A stretch of 59,601 nt of DNA, from contig PWTK01000058.1 of the NCBI GenBank assembly GCA_003563895.1, positions 1 to 59,601 on the forward strand, written 5' to 3'. The stretch comes from Syntrophomonadaceae bacterium. GTDB lineage: Bacteria > Bacillota > Dethiobacteria > DTU022 > UBA8154. The notes beneath the pieces were generated by a model. It ran no database searches. It worked only from the letters and a program-made list of their open reading frames with translations, and was not told where the DNA came from. Position 1 is the first letter of the stretch. Every line of letters begins with the position of its first letter. Shown piece after piece: positions 58,539 through 59,601 of the stretch. The translations under genes and the position numbers were made by a program.

Positions 58539-59133
58539 CAATGAAGCACCTTCTCCCTTCAATCGAAAGTTTTCCTTCCCGAAATAGCTGCACGGCCCGG
58601 GGATAGAGCCGGTGTTCTACCTCGTGGATGCGTGCGTGCAGCGTCTTTTCTTCATCGTCATCATAAACGGGTACGGCTTCCTGCAGGATGATGGGGCCCG
58701 TGTCCAACCCTTCGTCAACGAAGTGTACCGTGCAGCCGCTCACCTTCACCCCGTATTCCAGGGCCTGCTTGACCCCTTCCAAACCCGGAAAGGAGGGCAA
58801 AAGGGAGGGATGAATGTTCATGATCTTCCACCTGTATGCCCTGACAAAAAGCGGGGACAGCAGCCGCATGAAGCCGGCCAGCAGCACCAGGTCAATTTCC
58901 CGCTCCTGCAGCAGCGATACCACGGCTGTGTCGTACGCCTCGCGGTTTTTGTGTTCCCGCGGACTGACGAAAAGCGCCTCAACACCGTGCTTCCTGGCCC
59001 TTTCCTGGGCATAAGCTTCCTCGTTGTCGCTGATGACCACCCGAACAGATCCGTCAACGGCTCCGCTCTCAGCAGCATTGATAATTGCCTGCAGGTTCGT
59101 CCCGCTGCCCGAAGCGAGCACAGCGATGCGCAT
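58528..59133 (-). CDS. purN: phosphoribosylglycinamide formyltransferase
   Basis: MRIAVLASGSGTNLQAII, NIHPSLLP and HFVDEGLDTGPII. ATG-59133 sits behind GGGAGGGGG. It overlaps the purH start. Confidence 0.9.
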   Translation of the reverse strand: MRIAVLASGSGTNLQAIINAAESGAVDGSVRVVISDNEEAYAQERARKHGVEALFVSPREHKNREAYDTAVVSLLQEREIDLVLLAGFMRLLSPLFVRAYRWKIMNIHPSLLPSFPGLEGVKQALEYGVKVSGCTVHFVDEGLDTGPIILQEAVPVYDDDEEKTLHARIHEVEHRLYPRAVQLFREGKLSIEGRRCFIDER

Positions 59134-59288
59134 CTTTCTACCCCCTCCCGGCTGCATAACACCACTGCTGCAGCCCTATCCGGATTTTTTATGAATTTTT
59201 CTCTTGCCCGGGAACCGTGAGCAGGGATTATGCCGGCAACCGCGGTCGGGGAACGCGCCAAATCTTTTCCCCGCAAGAGACCTCCGTA

Positions 59289-59601
59289 GAAGCTTCACCA
59301 TCAGAAAGATGAAAATGGCCATGCAGTATTTTCAGGGTAGACCCTCATGCCCCCGCATAAGTGGGGCACCTTTGTTAAATAAGAAGGTGAAGAGTCTTGT
59401 TAACTCATGCCCCTGCATAACGGGGGCACCATCAGAAGGAGGAAAATAGGTTGCTATTACCAGCGAACCTTTGTGTGTATTTGTTCTATTTTCAAAGTAG
59501 ACCCCATGCCCCCGCACAACGGGGGCACCATCAGAAAGAGGAAAATCGATTACTGTTTGGCGACGGACCTTTGAGCGACATGTTCTATTTTCAAAGTAGA
59601 C
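59289..59601 (+). repeat. R1 tandem array d (at least 4 units, opposite orientation to arrays a-c, truncated by the window end)
   Basis: There is a short unit at 59289-59342 and a degenerate unit at 59343-59403, followed by two exact 99-nt units at 59404-59502 and 59503-59601. The last two each read hairpin-CACCATCAGAARGAGGAAAAT-core-ATTTTCAAAGTAGAC. Confidence 0.75.

Noticed and set aside
59421-59601. Open reading frame running through the 99-nt (33-codon) R1 units at the window end
   Set aside because: The homologous units at 50451-50743 have 100-102-nt periods, and the equivalent frame there and in unit 59404-59502 contains stops (TAA at 59418). The periodicity divisible by three appears coincidental.

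Overview
This 59.6-kb window is a chromosomal segment of a GC-rich (roughly 55-60% by eye) anaerobic Firmicute. Gene content resembles syntrophic Peptococcaceae/Desulfotomaculia such as Pelotomaculum, but that placement is inference only. I support about 45 CDS, listed in order. They are a SAM methyltransferase, alanine dehydrogenase, and a znuACB-zur zinc-uptake operon. Next come a YkgJ-type Cys-cluster protein and two convergent paralogous cNMP-binding/CBS/DUF294 nucleotidyltransferase proteins, one paired with a DnaQ-like exonuclease. A co-directional string follows: dnaE, pyk, acyl-CoA thioesterase, AcuC/HDAC-type deacetylase, DUF1015. After that are an AI-2E transporter, trmL, a methyltransferase, nth and a family-III CoA-transferase. 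Then a two-subunit Sdh/Frd-like flavoprotein plus FeS protein with no membrane anchor, malic enzyme, split class-I fumarase, gatCAB, comFB and ligA. Then a split B12-dependent acyl-CoA mutase with MeaB and a cob(I)alamin adenosyltransferase, followed by a beta-oxidation block (three acyl-CoA dehydrogenases, hbd, thiolase, acyl-CoA synthetase), and finally purD-purH-purN. I saw no rRNA, tRNA, cas genes or canonical CRISPR array. The unusual part is non-coding: intergenic regions are large and carry at least five repeat families. (1) R1 is a ~100-nt element with a covarying hairpin, present as singletons and tandem arrays, mostly between stop codons and intrinsic terminators. (2) A 139-bp MITE with 17-bp terminal inverted repeats and a 7-bp target-site duplication occurs in two inverted copies 42 kb apart. 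(3) R2 is a 130-bp element with terminal inverted repeats. (4) R3 is a 148-bp intergenic repeat that is far better conserved than the paralogous genes it follows. (5) R4 is a ~53-nt repeat. There is also an orphan, strongly promoted ~170-nt structured RNA candidate. The mutase carries the Phe/Gln specificity signature of isobutyryl-CoA mutase rather than the Tyr/Arg signature of methylmalonyl-CoA mutase. All protein calls rest on motif recognition in the supplied translations. No database search was run.
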